From Thermodesulfovibrionales bacterium (GTDB taxonomy: Bacteria; Nitrospirota; Thermodesulfovibrionia; Thermodesulfovibrionales; SM23-35), in the NCBI GenBank assembly GCA_963753165.1, contig CAVWBP010000011.1, positions 7,860 to 71,859 of the forward strand: a stretch of DNA of 64,000 bases. Direction: 5' to 3'. The notes beneath the pieces were generated by a model, which was not told the DNA's origin, searched no databases, and worked only from the letters and a program-made list of their open reading frames with translations. Shown here piece by piece: positions 31,569 through 43,256 of this stretch. Numbering within the stretch: position 1 is the stretch's first letter; every line of letters starts with the position of its first letter. The position numbers and the translations under genes are program-made.

Positions 31569-34500
31569 ATGAAAAGAGTGGTCACATGTTTGAGTATTCT
31601 TTGTTTCTTGCTTTCTGCCGCAACAATTTCCCAGGCTGCCACTTATTACATCAGAACCGATGGGGGCACTGCCCAGCAATGCAGCGGCCTGGCGGATGCA
31701 GCGTATCCGGGCTCCGGCGAAAACCAGGCATGTGCCTGGGCGCACCCTTTCTGGGCGCTTGACAGCGGGGGCAGCTGGAGGATCAATGGCGGTGACACAT
31801 TACTCATTGATGCAGGGAGTTATATGATGGGATATGGAGCACCGAATACAGGATGGTGTGATGCAGAAGGGTCTTATGGTTGTTATCTCCCGCCTGTCCC
31901 CTCGGGCACCGATTCTCTCAATCCAACCCGAATCCTCGGCAAAGGGTGGGATTCAGGATGTTCAATCCCGCCTGAATTGTGGGGTACGCAGAGAACATAT
32001 CACATACTGAATCTCGAAGGGACTTCAGATGCGATAATTGACTGCTTTGAAATTACCGATCATGCGGGATGCGTTGAATATCATTCCAATCTTTCTGTGC
32101 GCTGCGAACGGGACACCTATCCTTATGGTGAGTGGGCAGACAGGGGGATTTATGCTTCTGACTCCTCAAATGTTACCCTGAGACATCTGAACATTCATGG
32201 GCTCTCCGGAGGCGGTATTCATGCAGGGCGTATCTCAAACTGGACTGTCGAGGATGTAAGAATCGCAGGGAACGGTTTGATCGGATGGGATGGTGACCTT
32301 TGGGAGGGTGATGACTCAAATAGCGGTACGATCACTTTCAGAAGAGTCGCTGTTGAATGGAACGGATGTGTTGAGACCTACCCGGGAATGCAACCCGACC
32401 ACTGCTGGGCGCAGTCTGCAGGCGGTTACGGAGACGGGATAGGAGTCGGGCGTTCCGGAGGCCACTGGATTATCGAAGATTCTGTGATCAGGCATAACAC
32501 ATCCGACGGAGTCGACCTTCTTTATGTGGGGGTTGACAACCCCGGAAGCATGGTTGAGATCAGAAGGACAACGGCAGAGGGGAACGCGGGCAATCAGATA
32601 AAAGCTGGGGGATCTTCTTCAATAGTGAATTCCCTTGTTGTGGGTAATTGCGGTTACTTTTTTCAGAAATCGTTTGCCCAGGAGATGGGGGACAATGAAA
32701 GCGGCGACCAATGCAGGGCAGGAGGGGCTTCCCTGTCTCTAAACCTGGGGCGCGGCGATACGGCGTCGGTTGTGAATTCTACCATAGCGGGTCATGGCTG
32801 GGCTCTTATTGAAGCACAGTGTATTACCCTTGATTTTCCGGACCAGCCGTCCTGCAACGGCACTGAAGCTGCAGTACTCCAGAATAATATCTGGACCGGA
32901 TATCCTTATTTCCTCCGCGACGACGGAACATTAAGCCATTTTGTGGGCGACGGAGATCCCAATGGTTTTACTGCGGGACATGTGGATTACAATATTATTC
33001 ATAATGCCCAGATTCTGAGTTCCACCGGTTCGCATGATATCTTTTCGAACCCTTTATTGGTGAACACCAGCTTTGATAATTTTGATGCACATCTGCAGGC
33101 AGGCAGTCCTGCTGTCGACAGCGGTCTTCCGTCCGGCAGTCTTGGTGGTCTGGTCCCCTCTGATGATATAACAGGAGCTGCACGTCCCGCAGGTCCAGGT
33201 GTTGACAGGGGTGCGTATGAGTATGGCGCGGTAGTAAGTAATCTGCCGAACATCAGCGTTTCTCCGGGGTCATTCAACTTCGGGAATATCAATACAGGCA
33301 TTGCATCACTACCCCGGACCTTTACGCTCTCCAATACAGGGGCACAGGACCTTGTGATCAGTTCGATGGCTATCTCCGGAGCAGACGCCGGCATGTTCAG
33401 CCTGCAGACAGGCACATGCCCGAGCCTTTCACCGACCCTCGTTTCAGGGGGAAGCTGCACGGTAACTGTTGTGTTTACTCCATCCGCTGAAGGTGGGCGG
33501 AACACCATCTTACAGATACTGTCGAACGACCCTGACACACCCACATTGAATGTTGTTCTCAGCGGAACGGGGACAGTGGACAATCCCGATCTTCCTGATC
33601 TCACCGGGGAATGGCAATCAATATCCCAGACCTGCAAGAATACGAAGAAGGGGATGAAATGCAAGATCAAAGGAGTTCTGAGGGTCACGAATACCGGCAC
33701 TGAGAATGCATCATCAGCAGCAGTGCGGTTTTATCTTTCGGCGAATTCCACGCAGGATGCAACAGATGCGGAACTGAAGCAGGTGTCCACCGGGACGATG
33801 AAAACGGGGAAAACCAAGTCAAAGAAGTTCAGTTACAAATTTTCGACCGGCAGTTCGGCTTCGTGTCAATCTGTCATAGCGGTGATTGATGCAGATAATG
33901 CTATAGAAGAGATCAGTGAAACGAACAACCAGGTAGTCCATTTCTTTGATACCGGAGAGTGCATTGATACGACATCTCCCTCGGTGATACTGACAAGTCC
34001 GGCAGGCAATGCAACAGGAGTGTCTGTAAATACATTGATTACCGCAATGTTTTCCGAGGCACTGGATCCCTCAACCATAAATACCTGCAACATTCACCGT
34101 GAACGGTGTCATCGGTACGGTCAATTACTCAGGCACGACCGCAACCTTTACCCCTTCAGGAAGCCTGAATGAGAACACAACCTATACTGCCACCATAACC
34201 ACGGGGGTAAGAGATAATGCGGGGAATGCGATGGCGTCTGATTATGTCTGGAGCTTTACGACAGGGAGCAGCTCAGCGCCTCCTCCCGCAACGCTCACCA
34301 ACCTTTTCTTTCTTCACCATTCGACGGGCGAAGGTCTTGTAGTTGAAGGTGATATGAGAAGCGTAATCGCATCATATAACTCCTCTCACGGCACACAGTT
34401 TGTATTCTGGGACCACGGGTATAACTCGGACGGCCTGCGGAATGCCCAGGGAGACGTTACAGGAACGAACTACAATATACCGGGTGACAATACAGACCCT

Positions 34501-35004
34501 GACGGACTCTATAATTTATGGACGAGTACTGAAACAGAATATGTGAATGCACGCAATCAGATTCTTAACAATCATCAGGTGATTGCCTTTAAGTCGTGTT
34601 TCCCTGCGTCGGATATCCCCGATGCTGCAACCCTGGCGCAGTACCAGTCGTGGTATCTTGGAATGAGGGACTTTTTCGATACGCGGACAGACCGTCTGTT
34701 CATTGTGATGTCGAATCCTCCGTTACATCGACTGGCAACAGATGCAACCACTGCAGCAAATGCGAGGGCATTTGCGGACTGGCTCTGCAGCGATGCCTAT
34801 CTGAGCGGGCATCCGAATGTGCGGTGCTTCAATCTTTTTGATTATCTTGCAAGGCAAAATGACGGAAGCGCCACTGCGAACATGTTGCGCTACGAATACG
34901 AGGGAAGCCATTCAGACAGCGATTCACATCCGAATACTCTTGCGAATCAGACGGTAGGCCCTGTCTTTGCCGAATTCATGTGCAATGCTGCGGCGGGGTA
35001 TTGA
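31569..35004 (+). CDS. Large secreted multidomain protein (beta-helix, choice-of-anchor/Ig, CARDB, Ig-like, C-terminal SGNH-like domain); one frameshift near 34085
   Basis: Signal peptide, parallel beta-helix-like region, HLQAGSPAVDSG...DRGAYE, SNDPD, D..NAIEEISETNN. An Ig-like domain spans the frameshift; C-terminal FLHHSTG...FKSCFP...DSHPN. Confidence 0.75.
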
Positions 35005-35048
35005 AGAAGCGGCAAGAAATTACGGGTTGAGTGATAAGAGAAAATGAC

Positions 35049-35125
<77 letters not shown>

Positions 35126-35204
35126 ACTGGAAAGAATAAAAACCGGATATCCTGAAAATCAAGGAATCCATACTCCTGTGTGCGGGAGTGAACCACAGAG
35201 ACAT

Positions 35205-37269
35205 TTATAATACTATTTTTTTCAACCCCATGACAACTGTATAGATCTCAGGATAGATTTTTTCTGACAGGGCAACATCTTCCTGCAATAGACGGAGTCC
35301 TTCGGGAATATGTTTCAGGAAATATTCTTTGCCTCTTTTTCCTGAAAGAAAGGCATATGCACCCAGGGCCTGCATATGCCTCTGGAGGCGGCAGTGGAGC
35401 AGGGATTCCCTGAATTCATCTTCGGTAACCCCCATTGGATACCCTTTCGTAAAGGTCATCTTCCTGACATAATATTCCAGCAGCCGTTCTCTCAAGGCAT
35501 CGTCGAGACGATAATAGGGGTCCCAGAGTATTGACGCCACATCGTATGCAGGCGGCGCCATTCGTGCGCCCTGATAGTCGAGAACCCTCGGAATATGTCC
35601 CGCCGTGATCATAATGTTCTGCGACTGAAAATCGCGGTGGATGATCGTTTTTTGAAATGAATCTACAGTCGTTGCCAGCCGGTGAAACTCATCGCTCAGT
35701 GTTGCAACTGTTTCGGGAAGCATCTTGCAGACACCCCGGAGAAAGCTTTCAGCGAAATAGTCTGTTTCCCAGCGGAGATAGGCATAATCGAATATCCTGC
35801 TCTCAAGCAGCGGGCATTCGGCAACATGTTCTGTCGCTCCGGCATGGATTGAGATCAGAATATCAAGGACCTGCCTGTATATTGTTTCGATCTCTCTCCC
35901 CTTCACGGGCGCATTTCAGCCAGCTGTAGAAGGATATGTCTCCAAGGTCTTCGAAAACAGCGGTTCTGCCCCGAAGGTCTGTTTCTCTCAAGGCCGGGAC
36001 GGGAACAGAATAATTCTGAAAGAAACGGGAGTATTCAATGTGTCGTTCAAAGTCGGGATCGTCGCCCTTACATTGCATGAATATGACATTCTGCCCGTCT
36101 TTCTTCATCCGGAAATATTGTCTGTCCGATCCGCCGACGCCGATGAGGATTCTCTCATCCTCTTCGTCTGCCCCGAGCATTTCCGGTTCATTCAGATTAA
36201 TGCTGAAGTCAGGTCCAAGAATGCAGTTTTCGAATGACAACCCCCCCATCCCCCCCTTGACAAGGGGGGGAGCAGAGAGGGAACCTTTCGCAAGGGCGGC
36301 AAAATTTTCTAAATAATCTTTGACTGAACCCCTGATATCAGTTTCAGGCAGTACTATGCAATTTCTCAGTGAGATACCTTTGGGGATGGCGTTGTCTTTT
36401 TCTATGACGAGATAGCCGTTTATCTCTATACCGCCGCATCCTTCTGCGGAGGGGTGAATAAAGACGGTTTCTCCTTCTCTTCTCAGTGCATCGATGACTG
36501 TCCTCGCATAGGAAACCGGGGTGCCGATATCGCTCCAGGAACAGCCGCTCACCTCGAAGGTCCCTATGGTATGTCCGGCGGATATGGCATTGAACCAGGC
36601 ATCGACAACACTTGAAGGACCTTCCGGCAAAAAGTTGAGAAACTCAGGCTGATAGACAGCAACCCCTGTGAAGGCAAGAATTTTTCCCCCTCCCCATAAT
36701 CCCCTCCCGCCGGGGGAGGGGGTTATATCTTGACTGATGTTCCTCTTAGGGAATGGAGAAATATTGTCTTTACCTTTCCTCCCCCTTGATGGGTTAGGGT
36801 TAGGAAAAATTCCCTTCAAAAAACCTGTTTCATCCACTTCCAATGTATTGAATTCAGGATAGTTGTGTATTGCAAGGGTTGCGAGATTCCCTGAGGAGAG
36901 GTGCGATTCGATGAGTTTTGCCAAATCGATATCCGAGACAATGTCTGCATTATGCACGAGAAATGCGCCGCTCCTGAGAAACGTTTCAGCGTTCTTCAGG
37001 GCGCCTCCTGTACCGAGAAGAGGGGCCTCGGGGAAAAGGGTAAGAGAATGTGTATACGAAGATTGTTGTATCCAGCGCTCAACGGCTTCTTTTTTATGAT
37101 GGAGGTTTATCCCGATTTTTTTTATACGCAAAACCGAGATTTTCTCAAGGACGGTTTGAAGAACCGGTTTTCCAACAATAGGAAGAAGCGGCTTGGGTAT
37201 ATGGTCGGTGATCGGGCGAAGCCGTTCACCCCTGCCGGCAGCAAGGATGAATGCATGGATCTGTTTCAT
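35205..37269 (-). CDS. Probable MurU-like nucleotidyltransferase / AmgK-like phosphotransferase fusion (frameshift near 35900)
   Basis: [30 protein letters not shown] and EDLGD in the first [29 protein letters not shown] in the second. Confidence 0.8.
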
Positions 37270-37270
37270 A

Positions 37271-37449
37271 ACCCCCTTTTAATTCCCCCCTTGGCAAGGG
37301 GGGACACAGAGGGGTTTTTTTTTAGCATTCTTACTCGGGCAGGGAAATATACAAAAAATGTCATGCTCCGACCTGATAGGAATCTTTCTTTATTTGTTGT
37401 CTCAACGAGGAATGAACAAGAGAGATTCCAGACAAGCTGGAATGACATT
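37271..37449. repeat. REP-like palindromes of two families
   Basis: CCCCCCTTG-G-CAAGGGGGG, and TGTCATGCTCCGACCTGATAGGAATCT...AGATTCCAGACAAGCTGGAATGACA. Confidence 0.6.
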
Positions 37450-37514
37450 TGATTTAAAATCAGTTTAGAAATCTGAAAAATGGTTTTCGCATAGTATGCA
37501 AAGGCATGAGAGTT

Positions 37515-38688
37515 TTATTTATAAAGCAAATATTTTTTCCTTATTTTCCTGTTGAACTCCCGGCATTCCTCCTCGCCACCACGCTTCCATGCGGTCAAGC
37601 TTTTCCTCTTGCTCAATCTCTTTCCGCAGCCTGTCTGTTCCTGCAAGGATGTCTATCGGCAGTTTCCGGGTTTCGTATTCATAGGGCGGCTGCTTCCAGG
37701 CAAAGTGCTTCGGATAGAGATCATGGATTGCTTTCAGTATGGCCACTCCTGTTTTAAACGGCAGGAAAATATTTCTCTCGGTTACATGGATTTGGGCCCC
37801 GCCGCACAATTTTCCTGCGTGTTTCTGAAATGTCGGCTGAAACCAGAGCGGTCTGAAGGTGACCCCCCGCAATTTATAGTTTTTCAGGTGATTTGCCAGT
37901 AATTCGGGTTCGATAAAAGGCGCACCGAACAGTTCGAAGGGCCTTGTAGTGCCTCTTCCCTCGCTGAGGTTCGTGCCTTCAAGAAGACACATGCCCGGAT
38001 AGACAAGGGCAGTATCGGGGGTGGGCATATTCGGAGAAGGCATAATCCAGGGAAGACCTGTCTCATCGAACCACATCTTCCGTCTCCAGCCCTCCATGGG
38101 TATGACATGGAAATCAAGGTCCGGATAGTACTCATTCTTCAGGTAATTCCCTGTCTCTCCGATCGTCATCCCATGCCTGACCGGCAGGGGACGAAGCCCT
38201 ACAAACGAGGTAAATGCCGTGTTCAGCACCGGACCTTCTGTCCGAAGTCCGCCGATCGGATTCGGCCTGTCGAGCACAACTATTGATTTCCGCATTGCTT
38301 CGCATGCCTGCATACAGAGGTCCATCGTCCAGATAAAGGTATAATATCGTGCGCCGACATCTTGCAGGTCGATCACTATTGTATCGATATCCTGCAGCAT
38401 TTCCGGTCCGGGTTTTCTCGTATGTCCGTAAAGGCTGTGAATGGGAAGCCCGGTCTGTCTGTCGCGGAACCCTTCCCATTCGATCATGTTATCCTGTGTC
38501 TCTCCCCGTATTCCATGTTGAGGACCAAAGAGGGCCTTTAAGGTAATTTTTTTTGTTTTCTTGAAGAGGTCGACTGCGTGTATAGTCTTCCTGTTGACAG
38601 AAGCAGGGTGTACCAGCAGTCCGACGCGCGCTCCCTTCAGCTGTTTCGGCCAGAGTTTCAGGACTCTTTCGAGTCCGGTATGAACCAT
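37515..38688 (-). CDS. namZ: Exo-beta-N-acetylmuramidase (DUF1343), terminal frameshift
   Basis: FGPQHG, IDLQDVGARYYTF, DRPNP, RHGMT, PSPNMP, SEGRGTTRPFE. Confidence 0.9.
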
Positions 38689-38838
38689 TTATGATACCCC
38701 TCCTGGAATACTGTGCTCCTTATTATACCCTTAAAATTCCTGATAACAGTTCATTTTATCCCTGTGAATGTCAAATTGACAAACAGGATGATGAGATTTT
38801 ACAGTATAAAACATAGGGTAAACGATACATCCCATAAA

Positions 38839-38986
38839 TAGAGTCTGTGTATAAACTCAGGGTTTGTCATCCTCCGGCTTGACCGGGGGATCCAGTCCCG
38901 AAAGCTTTCGGGATGAAAATACTGGATTCCCGCCTTCGCGAGAATGACGAATTTTTATCGGAATCGTACTTTATCCGCAGACTCTA
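38839..38986. mobile_element. 148-bp MITE-like element, copy 1
   Basis: Terminal inverted repeats TAGAGTCTG...CAGACTCTA, internal nested palindromes; near-identical to 43036-43183. Confidence 0.8.
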
Positions 38987-39058
38987 AATAGTAATTCTGC
39001 AGATCGATACACTATGATTTTTTGCTGTGAACGAGTTTAGATTATTGAAGAGGGTACT

Positions 39059-40126
39059 ATGGAAGACACGCATTATGTAGTCCTGAAAAAGGAGAACTTT
39101 GATCAATTCATCTCGACTCTTGCCCAAAAGCAGAAACTGGTGGCCCCGGTCCCGAAAGGGTTCAAAAGCTTTGCGTTTGAGCCGGTTGATTCAGCCGGGC
39201 AGATAGCACTTAAGTATATCCCGACGGTCCTGCCGCTGAAGAAATATTTTATGCCCCAGCGCGAAACGCTTCTTGAATACAGTGCAGGCAAGGGTGTAAA
39301 GGCGGAGGCAGTGGTTGAATATGAACCGCTTACCATCTTCGGGGCCCACACCTGCGACCTCGCGGGAATCCAGTGCCTCAATATGGTATTTTCAGAACGG
39401 CCCAAGGACTACAATTACCTGACACGGAAGAACAAGATCATTCTGATCGGCCTGGAGTGCAATGAGTACTGTGATGAATATGCAAGCTGCAACCTTGTGG
39501 ATGCAAGTTTTCCGGGTGGGGGCTACGACCTCTTTTTTACCGATCTGGGTGACTATTTCGTCGTCCATGTGAATACCAGGGCCGGGGACGAAATCGTTGC
39601 CTCGACCCGGTCTTTTGATAAGACTGAACCATCCCAGCTCGACGAACTCAGGAAGCTGCGTGATGCCAAAAGAAAAATATTCGCCAACGAAGTTCCTATA
39701 GAGACAAAACATATCCCCGAACTGTTCGACCGGTCTTTCAGGGCGCGTGTCTGGAAAGACCTTGAAGCACGGTGCCTCGCCTGCGGCAACTGCACAAACG
39801 TGTGCCCGACCTGCTACTGCTTCGATATAAGGGATGAGCTTGACCTGACCCTCAAAAAGGGCGTCAGGTACCGTGTCTGGGATTCCTGTCAGCTTGAGCC
39901 CTTTGCAAAGGTGGCCGGCGGGTTTAATTTCAGGAAAGAACGTTCGGTGCGGCAGCGGCACAGATTTTACCGGAAATTCCGCTACCCCATGGAACGGTTC
40001 GCACGGTTCTTCTGCACAGGCTGCGGCAGGTGCACCCGCACCTGTATGGCGGACATCAATCTCAAGGAGACGCTCAATGAACTCCTGAAAGAGAGCGAGG
40101 ACAGAGTATGGAAAAGATGGTTATAA
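39059..40126 (+). CDS. hydB: Group 3b hydrogenase beta subunit (AsrA-like Fe-S)
   Basis: CLACGNCTNVCPTCYCF, CTGCGRCTRTC. Confidence 0.88.
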   Translation: MEDTHYVVLKKENFDQFISTLAQKQKLVAPVPKGFKSFAFEPVDSAGQIALKYIPTVLPLKKYFMPQRETLLEYSAGKGVKAEAVVEYEPLTIFGAHTCDLAGIQCLNMVFSERPKDYNYLTRKNKIILIGLECNEYCDEYASCNLVDASFPGGGYDLFFTDLGDYFVVHVNTRAGDEIVASTRSFDKTEPSQLDELRKLRDAKRKIFANEVPIETKHIPELFDRSFRARVWKDLEARCLACGNCTNVCPTCYCFDIRDELDLTLKKGVRYRVWDSCQLEPFAKVAGGFNFRKERSVRQRHRFYRKFRYPMERFARFFCTGCGRCTRTCMADINLKETLNELLKESEDRVWKRWL

Positions 40127-40944
40127 AAGATTCAGGCTATAAACTGGAGAAGGCGAAAATCCTCAGGACGAAGCAGCTTACGGACAAGGAGAAATTGTTC
40201 GAGATAGCCCTCGGGAACGGGCAGCCGCTTGACCATGAACCGGGACAGTTCATCATGCTCTCCCTCCTCGGAATAGGCGAAGTGCCGATATCCGTCGCTT
40301 CTTCTCCCTCGGGCCGCGACTCGTTCGATGTCTGTGTCAGGGCTGTCGGAAAGGTGACCAACGCCCTTCATAAGCTCAAAGCAGGAGACGAGATCGGCAT
40401 CCGGGGACCCTACGGGAAAGGATTCCCCACAAGGGAACTGCAAGGGAATGACCTGCTGATCATTGCGGGGGGCCTTGGCCTGGCGCCGTTGCGGTCCTTG
40501 ATCCACTATGTCCTGGATAACCGCCGCGATTTCGGCAAGGTGCATATCCTGCTCGGATGCAAACAGCCGAAGGAACTCCTGTTCGGCGATGAACTCGAAG
40601 AGTGGAACGAACGTACCGACCTCTACTATGCATGCACCGTGGACCGGGCCGATCCCGACTGGGCTGGAAACGTAGGACTTATTACGACCCTGATCCCCGG
40701 CGTCGATATAGAACCTGCGAGGACTTTTGCCGCAGTGGTAGGTCCGCCGGTAATGTATAATTTTGTCATCAAAGAGCTTTTATCAAAGGGGATTCCGGAA
40801 CGACAGATCCTCCTTTCGTTCGAAAGAAACATGAAGTGCGGGAACGGGAAATGCGGCCGCTGCCAGATACAGAACCTCTACTGCTGTCAGGACGGACCCG
40901 TCTTCCACTATGAAAAAATAAAAAACTTGAGTGAGGCAATGTAA
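40108..40944 (+). CDS. hydG: Group 3b hydrogenase gamma subunit (FAD/NAD(P)-binding)
   Basis: PGQF, GEVPIS, RGPYG, AGGLGLAPLRS, MKCGNGKCGRC, DGPVF. Confidence 0.88.
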   Translation: MEKMVIKDSGYKLEKAKILRTKQLTDKEKLFEIALGNGQPLDHEPGQFIMLSLLGIGEVPISVASSPSGRDSFDVCVRAVGKVTNALHKLKAGDEIGIRGPYGKGFPTRELQGNDLLIIAGGLGLAPLRSLIHYVLDNRRDFGKVHILLGCKQPKELLFGDELEEWNERTDLYYACTVDRADPDWAGNVGLITTLIPGVDIEPARTFAAVVGPPVMYNFVIKELLSKGIPERQILLSFERNMKCGNGKCGRCQIQNLYCCQDGPVFHYEKIKNLSEAM

Positions 40945-40945
40945 C

Positions 40946-41686
40946 ATGAAGAAACCGAAGGTTGCTTTTTTCGATTTTGCCTGCTGCGAGGGATGCCAGC
41001 TTCAGGTTGCCAATATGGGGGAAACTGTTCTGGACGTCCTGGGCCTGATAGAGGTCGTCGAGTGGCGTGAGGTGATGTCTGAGAAATGGGGGAAAAAAGT
41101 GGATGTAGCCATTGTCGAGGGCAGCATTACCGATCTCCACGCAGTGGAGAGGATTAAAAAGATCCGGAAGAGGGCCGGGGCAGTGATCGCCTATGGTTCC
41201 TGTGCAACGATCGGCGGGGTGAACGGGATGAAGAATAATTTTCCTCTCGAAGATATCAAACACTATGTGTACGGAGACAGTCACCGGTTCTTCCCGACTG
41301 AACAGACGAAGGCCGTGCACCAGGTTGTTCCGGTCGATTATTTTGTCCACGGATGTCCGGTATATATACCTGAGTTTGTCGCAGTGCTGAAAGCGGCGCT
41401 CCAGGGCATACCGTATTATCCGCCGGATTATCCCGTCTGTGTCGAATGCAAGCTGAACGAAAACGTCTGCATGTACGACCGTGGGGTGAGCTGTCTAGGC
41501 CCTGTAACGCGGGCCGGATGCAACTCCTGGTGCATCAACAACGGCAACATCTGCTACGGCTGCCGGGGCATGGTGAGCAACCCGAATGAGAAGGGCGCGA
41601 AGGACGTGATCGCGAAATATAAAATACCCATGGAATTGGTCCTGAACAAGATGAATATGTATAACAAATGCAGGGAGCTTGACTGA
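40946..41686 (+). CDS. hydD: Group 3b hydrogenase delta (small) subunit
   Basis: CCEGC, GSCATIGG, GCP, VCVEC, CLGPVTRAGC, CYGCRG. Confidence 0.88.
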   Translation: MKKPKVAFFDFACCEGCQLQVANMGETVLDVLGLIEVVEWREVMSEKWGKKVDVAIVEGSITDLHAVERIKKIRKRAGAVIAYGSCATIGGVNGMKNNFPLEDIKHYVYGDSHRFFPTEQTKAVHQVVPVDYFVHGCPVYIPEFVAVLKAALQGIPYYPPDYPVCVECKLNENVCMYDRGVSCLGPVTRAGCNSWCINNGNICYGCRGMVSNPNEKGAKDVIAKYKIPMELVLNKMNMYNKCRELD

Positions 41687-41687
41687 T

Positions 41688-43016
41688 ATGAGCAAGAGGA
41701 ATGTAAAGATAAACGTCGAATATCTCACGAGGGTTGAAGGACACGGGAATATTGTCATCAATGTAAAAAACGGAAAACTGGAGACCTGCCGCCTCGATAT
41801 TGTTGAATCGCCGCGCTTCTTTGAGGGGATGCTCCGGGGCCGCTCCGTATTCGAAGCACAGCATATCACGAGCAGGATCTGCGGCATCTGCGCCTGCGGA
41901 CATACCCTGGCCTCGATACAGGCGGCAGAGGCTGCCCTTGGAATAACGCCCACTGAACAGACGCTTAAACTGAGGAAGCTCCTGCTGCATTATGAAACCC
42001 TTGACAGTCACATCCTTCATATCTATCTTCTCGTTGCGCCCGACCTTCTGGGCGTGAAGAGTTTTGTGCCGCTTATCAATACGCACAACGATGTGGTGCG
42101 GCGCGCCCTGCGGATGAAAAAGACCTGCAACGACGTCTGTGACGTGCTCGTTGGCCGCCATGTGCATCCGATCTCCGCAATCGTGGGAGGCTTCACCAAA
42201 CTCCCCAGGCCGAAAGACCTTGAGGCCATGCATTCAATGCTTACAGGCATGAGGCCCGACATGGATGCAACCGTTGAACTCGCATTGAAACTCAAGTTCC
42301 CTGATTTCGAGAGGGACACGGAATACGTTGCCCTTGTGAGCGATGACAACGAATATCCGATGCTCATGGGAGACCTCGGTTCGACCGACGGGGTCAGGAT
42401 GGGCAAGAAGGATTACCGGAAAATGACGAACGAATTTGTCGTTCCCCACTCCTCTGCGAAGCATGCGAAACTGAGCAGGGATTCCTACGCTGTCGGAGCG
42501 CTGGCGCGGTTCAACCTGAACTCGGAAAAGCTCCTCCCGAAGGCAAAGGAAGTCGCTGCTGCGGTCGGATTGAAACCGAAATGCATCAACCCGTTCCTGA
42601 ATACAGCTGCACAGCTTGTGGAGTGCGTGCATTGTCTGGAAGATGCGATTGCGATAGTTGAAAATCTTATGAGTACTCCGCTGAATTATGACGAGGAGAT
42701 CGTGGTCGGACTGAATGAGAAGGGTAAGATACCGGTAAGGGCAGGGAACGGGGTCGGGGCAGTTGAGGTGCCGAGGGGCATTCTATTCCATAATTATGTA
42801 ACCGATCAAAACGGGATTCTTACCGGTGCGAACTGTATTATCCCGACGAACCAGAACACCGGGAATATCGAGTACGATCTGATGAAGCTTATTCCGGAAA
42901 TACTCGACAGGACGGACGAAGAAGTTACCCTTGCCGCAGAAATGCTTGTGAGGTCATATGACCCGTGCATTTCCTGCTCCGCGCATCTTATCGATATACG
43001 GTTCAGGGACAGATAG
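41688..43016 (+). CDS. hydA: Group 3b [NiFe] hydrogenase large subunit
   Basis: RVEGHG, PRFFE, L1 RICGIC, EVPRG, L2 DPCISCSAH plus short C-terminal extension. Confidence 0.93.
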   Translation: MSKRNVKINVEYLTRVEGHGNIVINVKNGKLETCRLDIVESPRFFEGMLRGRSVFEAQHITSRICGICACGHTLASIQAAEAALGITPTEQTLKLRKLLLHYETLDSHILHIYLLVAPDLLGVKSFVPLINTHNDVVRRALRMKKTCNDVCDVLVGRHVHPISAIVGGFTKLPRPKDLEAMHSMLTGMRPDMDATVELALKLKFPDFERDTEYVALVSDDNEYPMLMGDLGSTDGVRMGKKDYRKMTNEFVVPHSSAKHAKLSRDSYAVGALARFNLNSEKLLPKAKEVAAAVGLKPKCINPFLNTAAQLVECVHCLEDAIAIVENLMSTPLNYDEEIVVGLNEKGKIPVRAGNGVGAVEVPRGILFHNYVTDQNGILTGANCIIPTNQNTGNIEYDLMKLIPEILDRTDEEVTLAAEMLVRSYDPCISCSAHLIDIRFRDR

Positions 43017-43035
43017 GTTTACAGGAGTATTTAAA

Positions 43036-43183
43036 TAGAGTCTGTGTATAAACTCAGGGTTTGTCATCCTCCGGCTTGACCGGGGGATCCAGTCCCGAAA
43101 GCTTTCGGGATGAAAATACTGGATTCCCGCCTTCGCGAGAATGACGAATTTTTATCGGAATCGCACTTTATAAACAGACTCTA
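43036..43183. mobile_element. 148-bp MITE-like element, copy 2
   Basis: Direct repeat of 38839-38986, differing at a few bases near the right end. Confidence 0.8.
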
Positions 43184-43195
43184 TATATAACACAT

Positions 43196-43240
43196 AAGCC
43201 CATGATGCCCTTTTGTAAGAAAGGCATCATGGGTTTTTGA
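43196..43240 (+). terminator. Probable terminator of the hydrogenase operon
   Basis: AGCCCATGATGCC / GGCATCATGGGTT stem followed by a T-run. Confidence 0.7.
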
Positions 43241-43256
43241 TTGTAACAATTTATTA

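Noticed and set aside
41688..43016. [NiFeSe] hydrogenase
   Set aside because: L2 motif is DPCISC with Cys codons; no in-frame TGA.
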